Positions 1 to 13,014 of a stretch of 64,000 nucleotides of DNA are shown one piece after another (the first letter of the stretch is position 1; each line of letters starts with the position of its first letter). The DNA lies in assembly GCF_006345805.1 (NCBI RefSeq), contig NC_043014.1, forward strand, positions 6,448,001 through 6,512,000, given 5' to 3'. This DNA is from Octopus sinensis (Eukaryota). The position numbers and the translations under genes are program-made. The notes under the pieces are model-generated. The model ran no database searches. It was not told where the DNA came from and saw only the letters and a list, made by a program, of their open reading frames with translations.

Positions 1-202
1 TTCCTAATGTATCTACAACTACAGGGATACATTTTACTTTCCATAGTTTCTGTAATTCAGTCACTAGGTCCTAGTACTTCGCTATATTTTCTATTCCTCT
101 CATATTGACATTTTTATCATTTAAGACTGTAAAGTCAATTATTTGGCACTTTCTATTCCCTTTATCTACTACTACTACTATACTACTACTACTACTACTA
201 CT

Positions 203-239
<37 letters not shown>

Positions 240-1290
240 CAAATCAGGCCTTCTAGCTGGTATTAGTCTGTCAGTCTGAATGTTAAAGTCCCACAACATC
301 TTATATTTCTTACATTCTAGTTCATACCATTCATCAGTAGGGTTAAAACCTAGCTTTCTACATAACTCCCAATCGATTACTCTAGGTTGTCATGTCTTTT
401 CTTTATGTACCAGCATGCTACATTCACTTGCTATAAGAGTAACACTTTTCTCCTTTGATTTGCATAACTTACACGCATAATCTACTTGGTTTTATCCATC
501 TTGTCTTTCATCAAGTTAGTCCTTAACGCTTGATCTTGTGCAGCTACTAACAAACTTTCTGTCTATCTTTTCAGCCTCCTCTTTTGCAGTAATAACCATG
601 TTTTACTACTATTATTTGGTGCAATTATCTTTGGGAATCTGCCATGCTGGTTTTAACTTCATTTGACTTTTTAGTTTCCTTATATATGCTGCGACTCTAG
701 CAGTTTTAATAAACTTTCTTCACTATTACCGACATAGGAGTCTATATCTACTCCAGCTAACTCCACACAGTCTTGTACTGATATTAATGCTCTTCTGCCT
801 TCCTTCCTAGATAAGTATAATCGTGCTACTCATGCCCTTGGATGAAGGCCCTCATTCATATTGAATTCCTTCCTAGTTCTTCTGTCTAGCTTTGCTAATT
901 CAGTTTTTGTCCAATCCACAAAAGCTGCTGAGTATCTAAGTAATGACACTGCACAAGTATTTACAGCCTTCGCTTTGATTTCATTAGCTTCCTCACCTTT
1001 CCGATGTACTCCTTCTCAATTTTCGTTTTCATTTCTTCAGTTAGTATTCTGTCAGATTATGATAATCCTAGAAACGTATAACTCATCCATTCAATGATCT
1101 CAAAGTCTGGTCGTCAGGTAATTGGATGCCTTCGTTGTTGCCTACCTGTCCCCTTCTCATGTCTAATATTGCGCACTAATCTATGCCAAATTCCATGCCT
1201 ATATCTTTACTTAAAAGTTTTACACTCAGTTTTAAAGAATATCTCTCTTTTTCATTCCAACTAAAAGGCTTCAGATCTTCCATCTTGTTT
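1..1290 (-). mobile_element. Degenerate R4/Dong-like non-LTR retrotransposon (RT C-terminus plus restriction-like endonuclease region)
   Basis: Minus-strand translation gives MEDLKPF..KDIGMEFGID*CAILDMRRG, AVSLLRYSAAFVDWTKTELAKLDRRTRK, LYLSRKEG, AAQDQALRTN, CKLC and ARRPDL/IIDF, with stops and frameshifts. Confidence 0.75.
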
Positions 1291-1334
1291 CGTTAAATAT
1301 GTCGCCGTACCTGCATTAGGGTCAGAACTGTTTC

Positions 1335-1522
1335 ATTATCATTACTATTATTATTATTATTGTTGTTGTTGTTGTTGTTTTTTGTTGTTGTTGTTGTTGT
1401 TGTTGTTGTTATTCTATGTTTGACTTTTGCTTTACCTTTGTGTAAGTTGGCTCCAAGTCTCACCCAGAGACCTCAAGAGACAAGTTGGAAGTTCATGTTG
1501 GTGTTATGCCTAGGGTGCCATA

Positions 1523-1585
<63 letters not shown>

Positions 1586-1596
1586 CAATATTATTA

Positions 1597-1676
<80 letters not shown>

Positions 1677-1680
1677 ATTA
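1335..1680. repeat. (ATT)n/(GTT)n microsatellites
   Basis: Direct reading; explains the poly-I/L/N ORFs. Confidence 0.95.
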
Positions 1681-2050
1681 AGGCGGTGAGCTTGTACACT
1701 CTTTACTGCGCCGAGTAAAATGCTTACCGGTATTTCGATCGTCCGTACATTTTGGGTAGAACTACCGTCGAGGTAGATTTCTCCTTTTCCTATCGGGGTT
1801 GATAAAATGAGTACCACTTGAGTACTGGGGTCGATGTTATCGAGTATCGCCCTCCCCCACTATAAATTTTAGGCCTTGTACCTTTAGTAGAAAGGATTGT
1901 TATCATTATTATTAGTGTAGTGAGATGGCAGAATCGTTAGCGAGTCGATAATAATGCTTAACAGCATTTCGTCCATCCTTACGTTCTGAGTTCAAATTCC
2001 ACCAAGGTCGACTTTGCCTTTAATCCTTTCGGGCCTTGTACCTAGAGTAG
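1681..2050 (+). mobile_element. Two degenerate copies of tRNA-derived SINE family A
   Basis: Match to aggcggcgagctggcagaa..gttctgagttcaaattcc..gtcgactttgcctttcatcc, which recurs throughout the window. Confidence 0.7.
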
Positions 2051-2243
2051 AAAAAAGTGATGCTATAGTCACAACTTAAATTAGTTGAAGCCCTGTAAAT
2101 CGCAAATATTTCACAGTAATATCTCAGTTAGTTTGAGTAATATTCAATATTCTAGTTTTCTATCAATATTGAAATTTGTATCAATACATCCATAAAGTAT
2201 GATATTTTGAATCGTATTGACCTAAAATCCATTTTCTCTACAG

Positions 2244-2567
2244 TGAAATCTTTTGTCAAAAGTCTTAAAAATATCGATCTACCGTTTGAGAAGAAAAGTA
2301 AGGTGTCTACATTCAGATGTTTGGCCTATGTTTCACCAGCTACACACAACTCTGTCACCTTTAGATGGATTGTCAGATATAAAATGCCAAACACTGAACC
2401 ACACATGACAGACGCGAAAGTGTCTGTTCCGAAAATTGGTCAATGCTGCATGCCAATGCAGTCGCTATATCGACACAAGTTAACCAACAAAGATGACACT
2501 GGGACAACGATCTCATGTTCGGCATTTGGGAAAACACTTTCAGAAGAAGTGAATATCCTCGGTGCAA
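2244..2567 (+). CDS. Gene A (5'-partial), membrane-proximal Ig-domain exon of a GPI-anchored 2-Ig protein
   Basis: Acceptor ttttctctacAG at 2242-43, donor GTgagc at 2568, 324 nt, phase 1-1. Reads VKSFVKSL..TFRCLAYV..VTFRWIV..CC..TISCSAF, with the same VKS start and C/W/C spacing as exon 3 of genes B and C. Confidence 0.85.
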
Positions 2568-2999
2568 GTGAGCAAATATTATTTTTCTTACATAGTTTCG
2601 TATCCTTTCGTAGTTTCGTATCCTTATTTTCTTTATAGACACCGGTGTTGCTCTGTGGGAATACTTTTGCTTCCCAAACACATGCTTCGCGATTCAGTCC
2701 CACTGCATGGCACCTTGGGCAAGTGTCTTCTATTCTATCTCCGGGTCGACCAAAGGCTTGTGAATAGATCTGATAGACGGAAACTGAAACCCTTCATAAA
2801 TCCTCATGATATATCGGTTCGAGAAAAGAAGACGCGGAGAGTATGAGTAGGTTTTAAAGCACTGGGGATGATTTGCTCGACTGAACTCATTAAGTCGGTG
2901 CCTGATCTTGGCTGCTGTCCAATGACTGAATCAAGTAAAATCTAAAAGAAAAAAGGATATAGGCAGCAATCGCTGCTACATCGTCTCAAAACCACATTA

Positions 3000-3250
3000 C
3001 AAGGCATCAGGCCAAAGAAAGAAACTCATCAATCCACGCTTCAAACATCAAACATCAAACACCACATCAAACTACACCTCAGGCATCACATCAATCCACG
3101 CATCGTACAACACATCAAACAACGCAACATACATCATACCAAACATCGCATCAAACATCACATCAAACTTCATATTATACATCATACCGAACATCACATC
3201 AAACCACACGACAAATGTATGAAACCAAACAAGACATCACATCAAACTGC
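3000..3250. repeat. Degenerate ~10-bp minisatellite (cacatcaaac) in the gene A intron
   Basis: Recurring acatcaaac/cacatca units. Confidence 0.7.
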
Positions 3251-3388
3251 ACCACGGTGAATGTTTCGGAAAGTATGAAAGCCTATTAGTGACAATAAAT
3301 GTGAATTCAGTTTCTTTGTCAGACACTAAATCCCATGTTTTGATGCACCAAATATTATTCCAGCCTCCCTGATTTTTTGTCTTTACAG

Positions 3389-3483
3389 TATCTGGCAGCC
3401 CCATTTCTGCTCTACCACATACAGCATGGTTTTCTGTCTCCAAAATTTCTCTTCTCTTTCTGGTTCTTGCAAGTTGCCGCTAG
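3389..3483 (+). CDS. Gene A last coding exon, GPI-anchor-like signal
   Basis: Acceptor tttttgtctttacAG, then (I)SGSPISALPHTAWFSVSKISLLFLVLASCR*. 95 nt to the stop, the same length as the last exons of B and C. Confidence 0.8.
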
Positions 3484-3712
3484 CATCATCCCGTTTTTGC
3501 TCCAGGAATTATAAGGAAGGTTTGTTTTCCCATCTTATTCCTTCTTATCTTGCTTCTCCAATCATGTTGTTTTTATTTATCAGTTTATGTACGTTCATGC
3601 ATACATACATAGACACACACATAGGTAAATATACACATATGTGTGTGTGTATGTGAGTGTGTGTGTGTGTGTGTGTGTGTATGTATATATACGCATAAAC
3701 ACACACACAATT

Positions 3713-3800
<88 letters not shown>

Positions 3801-4769
3801 AGAGTAAACACATAAATGTGAAACAAGGTGGAAAAAAGAGTACTCAATACCAAAGGTAGAGTAAAATGCTTTATTTCAAAGCAGCAGAAATATAACAAAA
3901 GCTGTTGCTCAGAGTTTCAATTCCCGTTCGTCGGACAGTTTTGTTAACCTGGAACCATGTAGTTGGGAAGCAAGCTTCTTACCACACAGTCACGCCTATA
4001 TATACTGTCTTCTTTCAGTTTTGTTTCTTTAATCACAACTAACAAGGCTTTGGTCGACCCGAGACTAGAATAGCAGGAATTTGCTCAATAAGAATGATCA
4101 AAATGGCGTTCGTTTTCCTCTAATTTCTTCGTATATATTTCTATGGTTACAGGTGTATTCGTTGTTTAGTGCTCGGACGATTTTGACAACGGGATGTGGA
4201 CAAGATTCATCCAATCGCAAAAAAAAAGGTCGAGAAAATATTTAGGAAAGTAAGTAAATGATAATAATAGAAATGGAAAACTCAATTTATTACAAAATTC
4301 GAAATAAAAAGATTGGAAAACTGGAACGTTGTCTCCTTAAATAAACTGTTTTATTGTATTAAAATTTATCCCGTTTCTCACGTACATAAATGTATTGCAT
4401 GTCCCCACCGAAGCCGCATAAATATTCTCTCCCGCAAAATCATTCAAGATCTTTATTAATTAATACTAAATCGTATATTAACTGTAATTCCCGTAATTCA
4501 CTTTCTATCGTAATACTAATAACGTAAACGATTAACAGTATTAACAATTTTACAATTAACAATTAACAATAAGGTGTCTGTCTTTACGTTCTGAGTTCAA
4601 ATTCCGCCGAGGTCGACTTTGCCTTTCATCCTCCCGGGTTCAATTAAATAAGTACCAGTTACACAATGGGGTTGATATCATCTCTTTTTCTGTCCTTGTT
4701 TGTACCTTCCACGTTTAGCCCCCTGTGGTTAGTAAAGAAATAAATATTAACAATTTCATATTTAATCTA

Positions 4770-5330
4770 TAACGGTATACAGATTGTTGTTAGAGATGGA
4801 AACACTGAGGCAGATGTCAACTCCGGAATCGAACTTGCAGTGACAGTGTTCAGAGAAATGAGAAAGTTCTGAGACAGCAGTTTGATTATCCACTGTATGA
4901 AGATCCTCCTGCACATTGCCTTATCAAGAACAGTCTACTCAGGAGAAACTTGGAAAATGACGGCCAAGATCACTCAGAGGCTAAATGCTAAGTGCAGAAC
5001 ACACAATATCACTAACAGGGGGAGGATCACAAAGCGTGAAGTTCTGAGAAGAGCCAGTCTGGGCAGCTTGTAGGAGTTTGGGATGGCAAGAACAATGAGA
5101 CTTGCAGGTCGTGTTTATCGACTTGGAAGAACGAATACCCCCAAAACAACTACACAATGGGAACGAGCAGAAGTTCGACAAATGAGAAAGAAACCGAGAA
5201 AATATGCCGCGTCACATTTAAAAAGATCTGAAGCAATTTAGCTCCAGTTGGGAACATACAAGTGGCTATACCCAAATGGAGATCATTGGAAACGTGTCCC
5301 TAGCCAATGTAGAGGCCCAATTCTACGAAA
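4770..5330 (+). mobile_element. Degenerate RTE-like LINE 3' fragment
   Basis: ADVNSGI..YSGETWKMT..RLAGRVYRL..RIPKTTTQW-like motifs with frameshifts. Confidence 0.55.
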
Positions 5331-5570
5331 GCTACAAAGACGAAGACTAAGCCGAAATACACTTACATAGATTCAAAAGATGAGAAGAAACATTTTGCTT
5401 GAGTTAACAACAGATTTGGAAGCAAAATCATTTGAGGACTAGATCAAAATTTAGGTTATTTAAAAGATAAACGTTATTGTTACGTTAAATATATTAAGGG
5501 ATTACGATTGTATATCAGCTAACCCCGTGCCGTCAAAAATGACGGCTGATTGTAGCATTTTATTTATAAA

Positions 5571-5957
5571 TCTATATAGAGAGCTGAAGTTGTCAGTGCA
5601 TGGCAGGTTTGGTAGCCTTCAACTAACACTATCTCCTCCGAGACCCTGCGGCGCAAGTTGACCAAAATTGAGAGCATGATAGAAAAAAGCTTGCTCTTCA
5701 TTCTGTAGAAGAAAAAATTCAAATCGGACAATGTTAACACCAAAAATTATTCACATTAAAAAGGTGTCTTTTTTCTATGAAAATCACTATTTTTTACGAT
5801 TTTTGACAGCTGTGTCGCCATTTTTTGGTGTATTTCAACCAGAAAAATGTTCACTTTAAGAGAATAACAAGCTACATAATGCAAAATTTTTACTTTTCAA
5901 AAATTCCAATTCTAAAGGGTCGAAACAAACCCGAGCAACGCCGGGCGATACTGCTAG
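5571..5957 (+). mobile_element. Non-autonomous Helitron
   Basis: 5' TC(tatata), 3' hairpin cccgagcaacgccggg followed by CTAG, inserted between A and T with no TSD. Confidence 0.8.
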
Positions 5958-6967
5958 TAAGGTATAAAACCAAGTTTTTAGCTTGATAATTCTTTTATTA
6001 CTAAATGTTCTGTGAAAATTCTATCAGCAACTAACAACCCTTGACTGCTTATTTCCTCCAACGCTGGCTAGAGTTGTCAAAAGGGAAAGGGCAGAACATC
6101 CTCTATAACTGTATAATTTATTCAATCGTGGAACTACGTAACGTATACATATATATATGACGGATCTTCACTCTGTTTCCTTCGAGAAGGATTTAGTAGG
6201 GCGCAGGTCTATAATGGAAGATTCGTGGCCAAAGTGCTGCAAGGTGAAACTGAACCTGAAACACCCGGTTGCAAACTGGATCTCTTAAGATTAAATCTAT
6301 GCCTACGCGTTAGCCAAACATGCTCGTGTGTGTGTGTGTGCGAATATTATAGACGAATAGATCAAAGCGAGCACACATCGAAATAGGACATTATATGATT
6401 TATAAAAGTTACAGAAAAAGCATGAAAGAAATCCATTACAACAGCATTCACCGCTACACGCTCGCGCGCCCACGAATTCTTCCACGCACGCGCGCACACG
6501 CGAGCACAAGCACACACACATTCTTTTCACAGATTTAATAATATTTTGGCAAAGAATCTCCGTTGACACGATCTCACTGTTTCACTTTCCCGAAGCTAAA
6601 TCTTTCGAATCCAGACACGCGGTGAACTTTGGAATACTTTTCAGAATAGTTCTTTCCAATCATGTCAATTCCAAAGAGATTTTCTTGAAGAATTTAGCAG
6701 CGTTTTCTAAATTCAAAATACTCAGTTTTTTGCAATAGTTGGATTAGCAAAAGCAGAGATTCTTTGCTGAAACATTAAATATTTAGAACACAATTTCTGC
6801 TATTATATATGTATGACGATAAAGGCATCTTCAGTGTTGCTCATGGTAAGGTGTTGCTTAACAGCGGAATAGTGAAAGTGAAGGTAAATATATACATTGT
6901 ATTTGTCTTTTTGTTTTTTGTTGGTTTTTTGTTTTGGTTCTTACACCTTCAACTCTTTTATTTCAAA

Positions 6968-7366
6968 CTAGCAGTATCACCCGGCGTTGCTCGGGTTTGT
7001 TTTCTTTTCGACCCTTTAGAATCGGAATTTTTGAAAAGTAAAAAGTTTGCATTATGTAGCTTGTTATATTCTCTTTAAGTAAACATTTTTCTGGTCGAAA
7101 AATGGCGACACAGCAGTCAAAAAAAGGTAAAAAAAAAATAGGATTTTCATAGAAAAAAAGCACCTTTTTGATGTAAATAATTCTTGGTGTTAACATGATC
7201 CGATTTGGATTTTTTCTTCTACGGAAGGAAGAGCAAGCCTTTTTCTATCATACTCTCAATTTTGGTCAAGTTGCGCCGCAGGGTCTCGGAGGAGATAGTG
7301 TTAGTTGAAGGCTACCAAACCTGCCATACAAAGACACAGACATCTTCAGCTTTATATAGAGAGAGA
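6968..7366 (-). mobile_element. Non-autonomous Helitron, inverted copy of the 5571-5957 family
   Basis: Begins ctagcagtatcacccggcgttgctcggg, the reverse complement of the 3' end. The body matches 5571-5957. Confidence 0.8.
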
Positions 7367-7509
7367 TTTGCATTCTTCCAATTTGTAAGGGAATTTAGTG
7401 TTAAAGATGTATGAGAGTATCGTTGTATTCGTGTTGGTTCCCCACAGTCACTTGAAACCCACTGTTGGTATATTTTGGTCCCTGTAACTCAACAGTAACG
7501 GAACACGAT

Positions 7510-8350
7510 GATGTTTGAAAGCTTTAATTCTCCATAGATCACTTCATTTAATATTTCCTCGCCTAAGAAGAGGTTTCCTTCCTGCTACAGCGGCCACGTT
7601 GGTGGAGATACTTCACAGAAATACTCCGACTCTCTTGGACGGACTCTACAACAGCATTTGCCTTACAACGAGTATCGTTTTCAACAAACCGCCTCTCAGT
7701 CCAAAGACTGCTTCTTCTCAGTATTTTAACCGTAGGCCCCAATACTCGTCAACGGGGATGATCGTCGACGCGAAAGATGGGTCATCAGCGGCACGCTGAC
7801 GGAGATCTTGACTGACTTCGATGCGATGGACGAACTGACCCGAAACACGCCGCGTGCTCAATTCAAACGTTACGCTTGCCTATACGGCCCCATAGAACAG
7901 GCCAACGCCATTGGTCAATGAGTGTCCTCTGACGATCCTCGTGCACAAACTGTTGAATGTTCTCCACATTTCCGGGGGTGACGCTCATGGCAGGTCTTCT
8001 AGATTGCTTATCCTCTTCCAGGGGAATTCTTCCGCTTTTGAAGAGCCCGTATCTTTTGAAATATGGGTCGTAAGCTTGCTGAAGAATGCTCAATGTCTCT
8101 GTAACAGACTTCCAAATGCTAACGCAAAATTTAAAGTTGACACTTTTTTCCTACTTCGTGAAAAAATCGCAGACTAAACCCGTGATCCCCAAAATCCCAA
8201 TTTCACAGCTTACGGGGTAGACAAAGCAATGTTACTTGGCACAGTGCCTCGTGTAAGTTCCTGATAACTCTCACTGCATATGCAATCGTTTGCTGCCATC
8301 TATTGTCGCACAACAGAACTAGTCAGGGAACTTTTTTATAACATCTTGTA
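7510..8350 (-). mobile_element. Degenerate mariner/Tc1 transposon, 5' part
   Basis: FKSGRIPLEEDKQSRRPAMSVTPGNVENIQQFVHEDRQRT resembles a mariner HTH/linker. A TIR-like tacaagatgttataaaaaagttccctgact lies near 8320-8350 (minus). Confidence 0.65.
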
Positions 8351-8557
8351 CACTAGGAATTTCTACAGATCCTGCTAGTAAAATATAAGGAGTGAGTCAT
8401 GCACCAATGTCTACATTACAATAGTTTCTACAGATGGATGCTTTACAGAGTGTATTGATGTATTTGTTGTGGCTCCATCTCTAGTGGGGTCACCAATTCT
8501 CTGCAAGACAAGATCTCTCAACGGACTGTCGTAAACCTAACATCACTTTCTTAATTA

Positions 8558-8957
8558 TCTTTATATATAAAACTGTAGTTGTGTGAGTGTCTGTTCCCTT
8601 CGATTTAGATTCCTAACTACTCCCACATTTTGCGGTGCAGTTTAACCAAAACCGGGTATCTTATAGTCGTGATTCATATCAAGCCCTTCTGGGTATTAGC
8701 GCGCGTCTACGATGAGTCTACGATTTTAAAAAAGATTTACCATCATTTTTTTCCATTATAACGCAAATTCTTTTGAATATAAGGGAAGTAACTCTCTAAA
8801 AATGTCTACGATGAGTCAACGATTTAAAAAAAAATTTACTATAATTTTTTTTCCATTTTCAATGCATTTTTTTGCTATATTTTGGCTATAACTCTCTAAA
8901 AATGCTTATATAGTTATTTCCCTTACAAACCCGAGCAACGCCGGGCGATACTGCTAG
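8558..8957 (+). mobile_element. Non-autonomous Helitron, second subfamily with the same 3' end
   Basis: 5' TCtttatatataaaa. The 3' acaaacccgagcaacgccgggcgatactgCTAG is identical to copy 1, but the interior differs. Confidence 0.8.
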
Positions 8958-9147
8958 TTCTTTATAAAAGGTAACTTTAAAATAATTTTCTCATTTCACA
9001 GCTTTTTTTTTATTTATTTCTGTTTTGTTTGTTATGCACTTTTTCATTAATTAACTAATTAATTTTATCACTTATTAGTTTCATCACATTTCGACAGGAA
9101 GAACTATTGCCAAATTTTCTCTAATTCTTATTTGACCTGGATCAAAT

Positions 9148-9295
9148 ATGTCACGTGGTTACAATGCTTTCGTTCGAGGCAGTCGACGCTCGTTTTCTCT
9201 ACCAACCAACATGGTGACGACGACGACGACGACGACAACGATGATGATGATGATGATGATTATATCAGTGATGATACTTCCATGCTCGTCACTCA
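9148..9295 (+). CDS. Gene B exon 1, signal peptide
   Basis: MSRGYNAFVRGSRRSFSLPTNMVT8M6IISVMILPCSSL, then donor GTaagt at 9296 (phase 1). Homologous to gene C exon 1 (MSRGY..GS.RS..LP). The link to exon 2 crosses an N-gap. Confidence 0.75.
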
Positions 9296-9689
9296 GTAAG
9301 TTCAGATTAAAAACAATAAATTTATTTCTTCAAGCTTTTCTTTCCCTTCTCTCGCTTCTTTCAACAACTCTCACACACTTACTCTCTTCTTTCACTGTCT
9401 CTCTCTCTCTGTCACGCTCCTATCCTTAGTATATGAGGGAGGACAAGTGTGTGTGTGGTGTGTGTGTGTGTGTGCAATTTACTTCCCTTGGAAACAAATG
9501 AGTTCGATGGCCTTCTGGCATTTTACTATTCAAATCTCACGATTTACCAGGATATAATGCCGATAGTGCCGACCAACCACTTCCCCTATAGATTATCTCC
9601 TTTGTAGATAAATCAGAAACCATTATGTCAATAGTAATCTGTATATATCATACAGTTCAGTTGGTTTAAATGGAGCATATATTATTATT

Positions 9690-10040
9690 TTTTTTTTTTT
9701 TTACCTCCTTCGGTCAGACACTGACCATGGGTTTGCACCTAGAGAGTTACCCTCTGAGGCACAAGTCTGGGCAAGGTTGTTTTATGGAAGACCAGCAGTC
9801 GCCCATGCATACCAGCCTCTCCTCTCCGCGCCACCGATGTTGTCCAAGGGAAAGGCAAAGGGGCCGATACAGCTTGGCACCTGTGACGTCGCAACTCATT
9901 TCTACAGCTGAGTGAACTGGAGCAACGTGAAATAAAGTGTCTTGCTCAAGAACACAACACGCAGGCCGGTCCGGGATTCGAGCTCACAACCTCACGATCG
10001 TAAGCTCGACGCTCTAACCACTGAGCCACGCGCCTTCACA
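9690..10040 (-). mobile_element. tRNA-derived SINE
   Basis: Minus strand ggcgcgtggctcagtggttagagcg..ctcgaatccc (A/B boxes) followed by a non-tRNA body and a T-rich tail. Confidence 0.7.
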
Positions 10041-10131
10041 TATTATTATATAAATAGTATATAATAGTAGTATTATTAAACAGGACCTATGTGTGTTGCA
10101 CTTCTCTGTAATTACAGCCTTCGGGTTTGTT

Positions 10132-10177
<46 letters not shown>

Positions 10178-10179
10178 TA

Positions 10180-10218
<39 letters not shown>

Positions 10219-10240
10219 TATATGTGTATATGATATATAT

Positions 10241-10281
<41 letters not shown>

Positions 10282-10708
10282 CTTAGCAGCCTCTCGTCGC
10301 TCGGGTTGCACTCCGCCGTCATGGAGTGGCCCGATTGACGTGCAGGTTACTGAGGCCCTTTTCCTTTTCTCTTCGTTCTTTCTTCGTGCTGTTTTAGCCA
10401 TAAGATGACGCCATCCCACTGGCTGGGCGGGCAGGCATTTTGTTGGATGGCCGTTGACTGTTCGGAAGTTCATCCGCCCTTTGTTGGGTCTTATTTTTCA
10501 TCCCACAGGGTGTCCAACAGCACCCTTCTCACCTCCCGGAAGGCCTCCACGACGGTGGAGTTACGATTTCAGGAGAACGATTGGGATCACGTGGATGAGA
10601 AAGGCGCGATCCAGAGAGGAGTGGACAGCGTGCGTGCTGTGACCAGCGGTGTCAAATGGACGCCTGACGGACTGGTCGGTCAAGGTGATCAAAGTGATAT
10701 ATATATAT

Positions 10709-10754
<46 letters not shown>

Positions 10755-11217
10755 TAAACAAAGGATGGATAGGAGTCAGTTCATTGCAGCTATATCCAAA
10801 TAATTGTTCTGTTGATTAATGGCTATATTAAATCATTATAAAAACCCCGTTTTCTTCAGATGAATACACGAACCACATTTTCAGGGAGATTTTAGAACAT
10901 TTAAAATCCGCAGCTTGTGTATATTTTGTGATTCCAAGATCATCGCTGGTCGCAGAATGAGTTTGCCAAGCCAAGACAAATTAAAAAGTAGTTTTATAGC
11001 TGAGGAACAGCATGACGTCATATGTGGGTAGGGTGTATTTCAGATTTATGGACTTGAAGGTAAGTCGACACGATAGAAGGGAGGGAATTAGACAGCGCAA
11101 ACTCCTCATCTCCCCAATTAAGCAAGAGATAGTTCTGGTTATTTTATAAAATTCATCTAGAGATAAAGAGTTAAAAGCGAAAGATAAGGTTCACGGTTGT
11201 TCATATGCCAGCTTCAA

Positions 11218-11317
11218 NNNNNNNNNNNNNNNNNNNNNNNNNNNNNNNNNNNNNNNNNNNNNNNNNNNNNNNNNNNNNNNNNNNNNNNNNNNNNNNNNNN
11301 NNNNNNNNNNNNNNNNN
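11218..11317. other. Assembly gap (~100 N)
   Basis: Run of N. Confidence 0.99.
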
Positions 11318-12194
11318 AAAGGCAAAGTCGACCTCGGCGGAATTGAACTCAAAACGTAGCGGCAGACGAAATACCTATTCTTTACTACCCACAAGGGGCT
11401 AAACACAGAGAGGACAAACAAGGACAGACAAACAGATTAAGTCGATTATATCAACCCCAGTGCGTAACTGGTAGATATTTAAGCGACCCCGAAAATATGA
11501 AAGGCAAAGTCGACCTCGGCGGAATTTGAACTCAGAACGTAACGGCAGACGAAATATGGCTATGCATTTCGCCCGGCGTGCTAGCGTTTCTGCCAGCTCG
11601 CCACCAGGTATTTATTTCAGTGGTTGCGAAGGAGAGGCCTGCTTCCATCAAAATGAACTGCTAGACTGTGAGGAGACCGTAAAATCAGGACTGGCTAATC
11701 ATTTGGTTCGGGAAGATGGAAGACACCGATCTGTCTGGAACGAAGTCACATTAATGTGCAAGGAACAAAACTGGAAGATCAGACGACAGAACGAATTCAG
11801 AGTTTACATATGCTCCTCAGAAGGCCTACCGTAGCGATGAACATTTTATGGCAGTCCTTCATTTACCAAAAAGAAATGAAGAAAAATAACAATAAAACTA
11901 CGATATTAAAAAGCAGGCTTAAGTGTAGCAGTTTCCCCTATTTCATGGTCCTACAAAATATATATTTCTTTACTACCCACAAGGGGCTAAACATAGAGGG
12001 GACAAACAAGGACAGAAAAAGGGTTTAAGTCGATTACATCGACCCCAGTGCGAAACTGGTACTTAATTTATCGACACCGAAAGGATGAAAGGCAAAGTCG
12101 ACCTCGGTGGAATTCGAACTCAGAATGTAACGACAGACGAAATACGGCTACGCATTTCGCCCGGCGTGCTAACGTTTCTGCCAGCTCGCCGCCC
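11318..12194 (-). mobile_element. SINE family A copies (11318-11603 multimer, 11960-12194 single)
   Basis: Reverse complement of the family A consensus. Confidence 0.8.
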
Positions 12195-12519
12195 GGTCCT
12201 ACAGAATATAAGCATTGGTTCACTGTTAGGTGTGGTACTGTAGCTAGTGGGGTCAAGTTCAATTCCTGAGTTAGTCAAGCTTACAGGATTTTTATGAGCA
12301 AATTAAACCAAAGGGTTGCATGAAAATTAATAGAACCACTAATTAATACATAGAAAATCCCCTTGTCAACGTAAATAATTAAACGAAGATGATCCGATCC
12401 AATAGACTAAATAAAAGGTTCATCGCCAGATACTTAATGCGATAAGGACCTGGGGTTGTCCGGAGGATACAACAGCCGAAGCATCGTGACACCAGTCCAA
12501 ATATTATTTTTACTCTTTT

Positions 12520-12905
12520 GGAGGCGCAATGGCCCAGTGGTTAGGGCAGCGGACTCGCGGTCATAGGATCGCGGTTTCGATTCCCAGACTGGGCGTTGTG
12601 AGTGTGAGTGTTTATGAGCGAAAACACCCTAAAAGCTCCACGAGGCTCCGGCAGGGGATGGTGGTGATCCTGCTGTACTCTTTCACCACAATTTTCTGTC
12701 ACTCTTACTTCCTGTTTCTGTTGTACCTGTATTTCAAGGGGTCGGCCTGTCACTCTTGTGTCACGTGAATATCCCAGAGAACTACGTTAAGGGTACACGT
12801 GTCTGTGGAGTGCTCAGCCACTTACACGTTAATTTCACGAGCAGGCTGTTCCGTTGATTCGGATCAACCGGAACCCTCATCGTCGTAACCGACGGAGTGC
12901 TTCCA
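12520..12905 (+). mobile_element. tRNA-derived SINE, further family
   Basis: ggaggcgcaatggcccagtggttagggcagcggactcgcggtc..ggtttcgattccc head with A/B boxes and a long unrelated body. Confidence 0.7.
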
Positions 12906-13014
12906 TTTACTCTTTTACCAGCTTCAGCCATTTGATTGCGGCCATGCTGGAGCACGTATGCAATAATCGTAATTCTCGTCTTAAGAATTCTCGTTTGCTC
13001 TCATCGACTCCTCG

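Noticed and set aside
2561-2562. Alternative donor for the gene A Ig exon (G|gtgcaa)
   Set aside because: Weak consensus. GTgagc at 2568 is stronger and keeps the same phase.
6780-6890. Possible 5' UTR exon of gene B (gaag|gtaaat donor)
   Set aside because: No paralog support or other evidence.
12520-12600. tRNA genes (also ~9965-10040 and the SINE B heads)
   Set aside because: tRNA-like A/B boxes run into SINE bodies without a proper acceptor stem.
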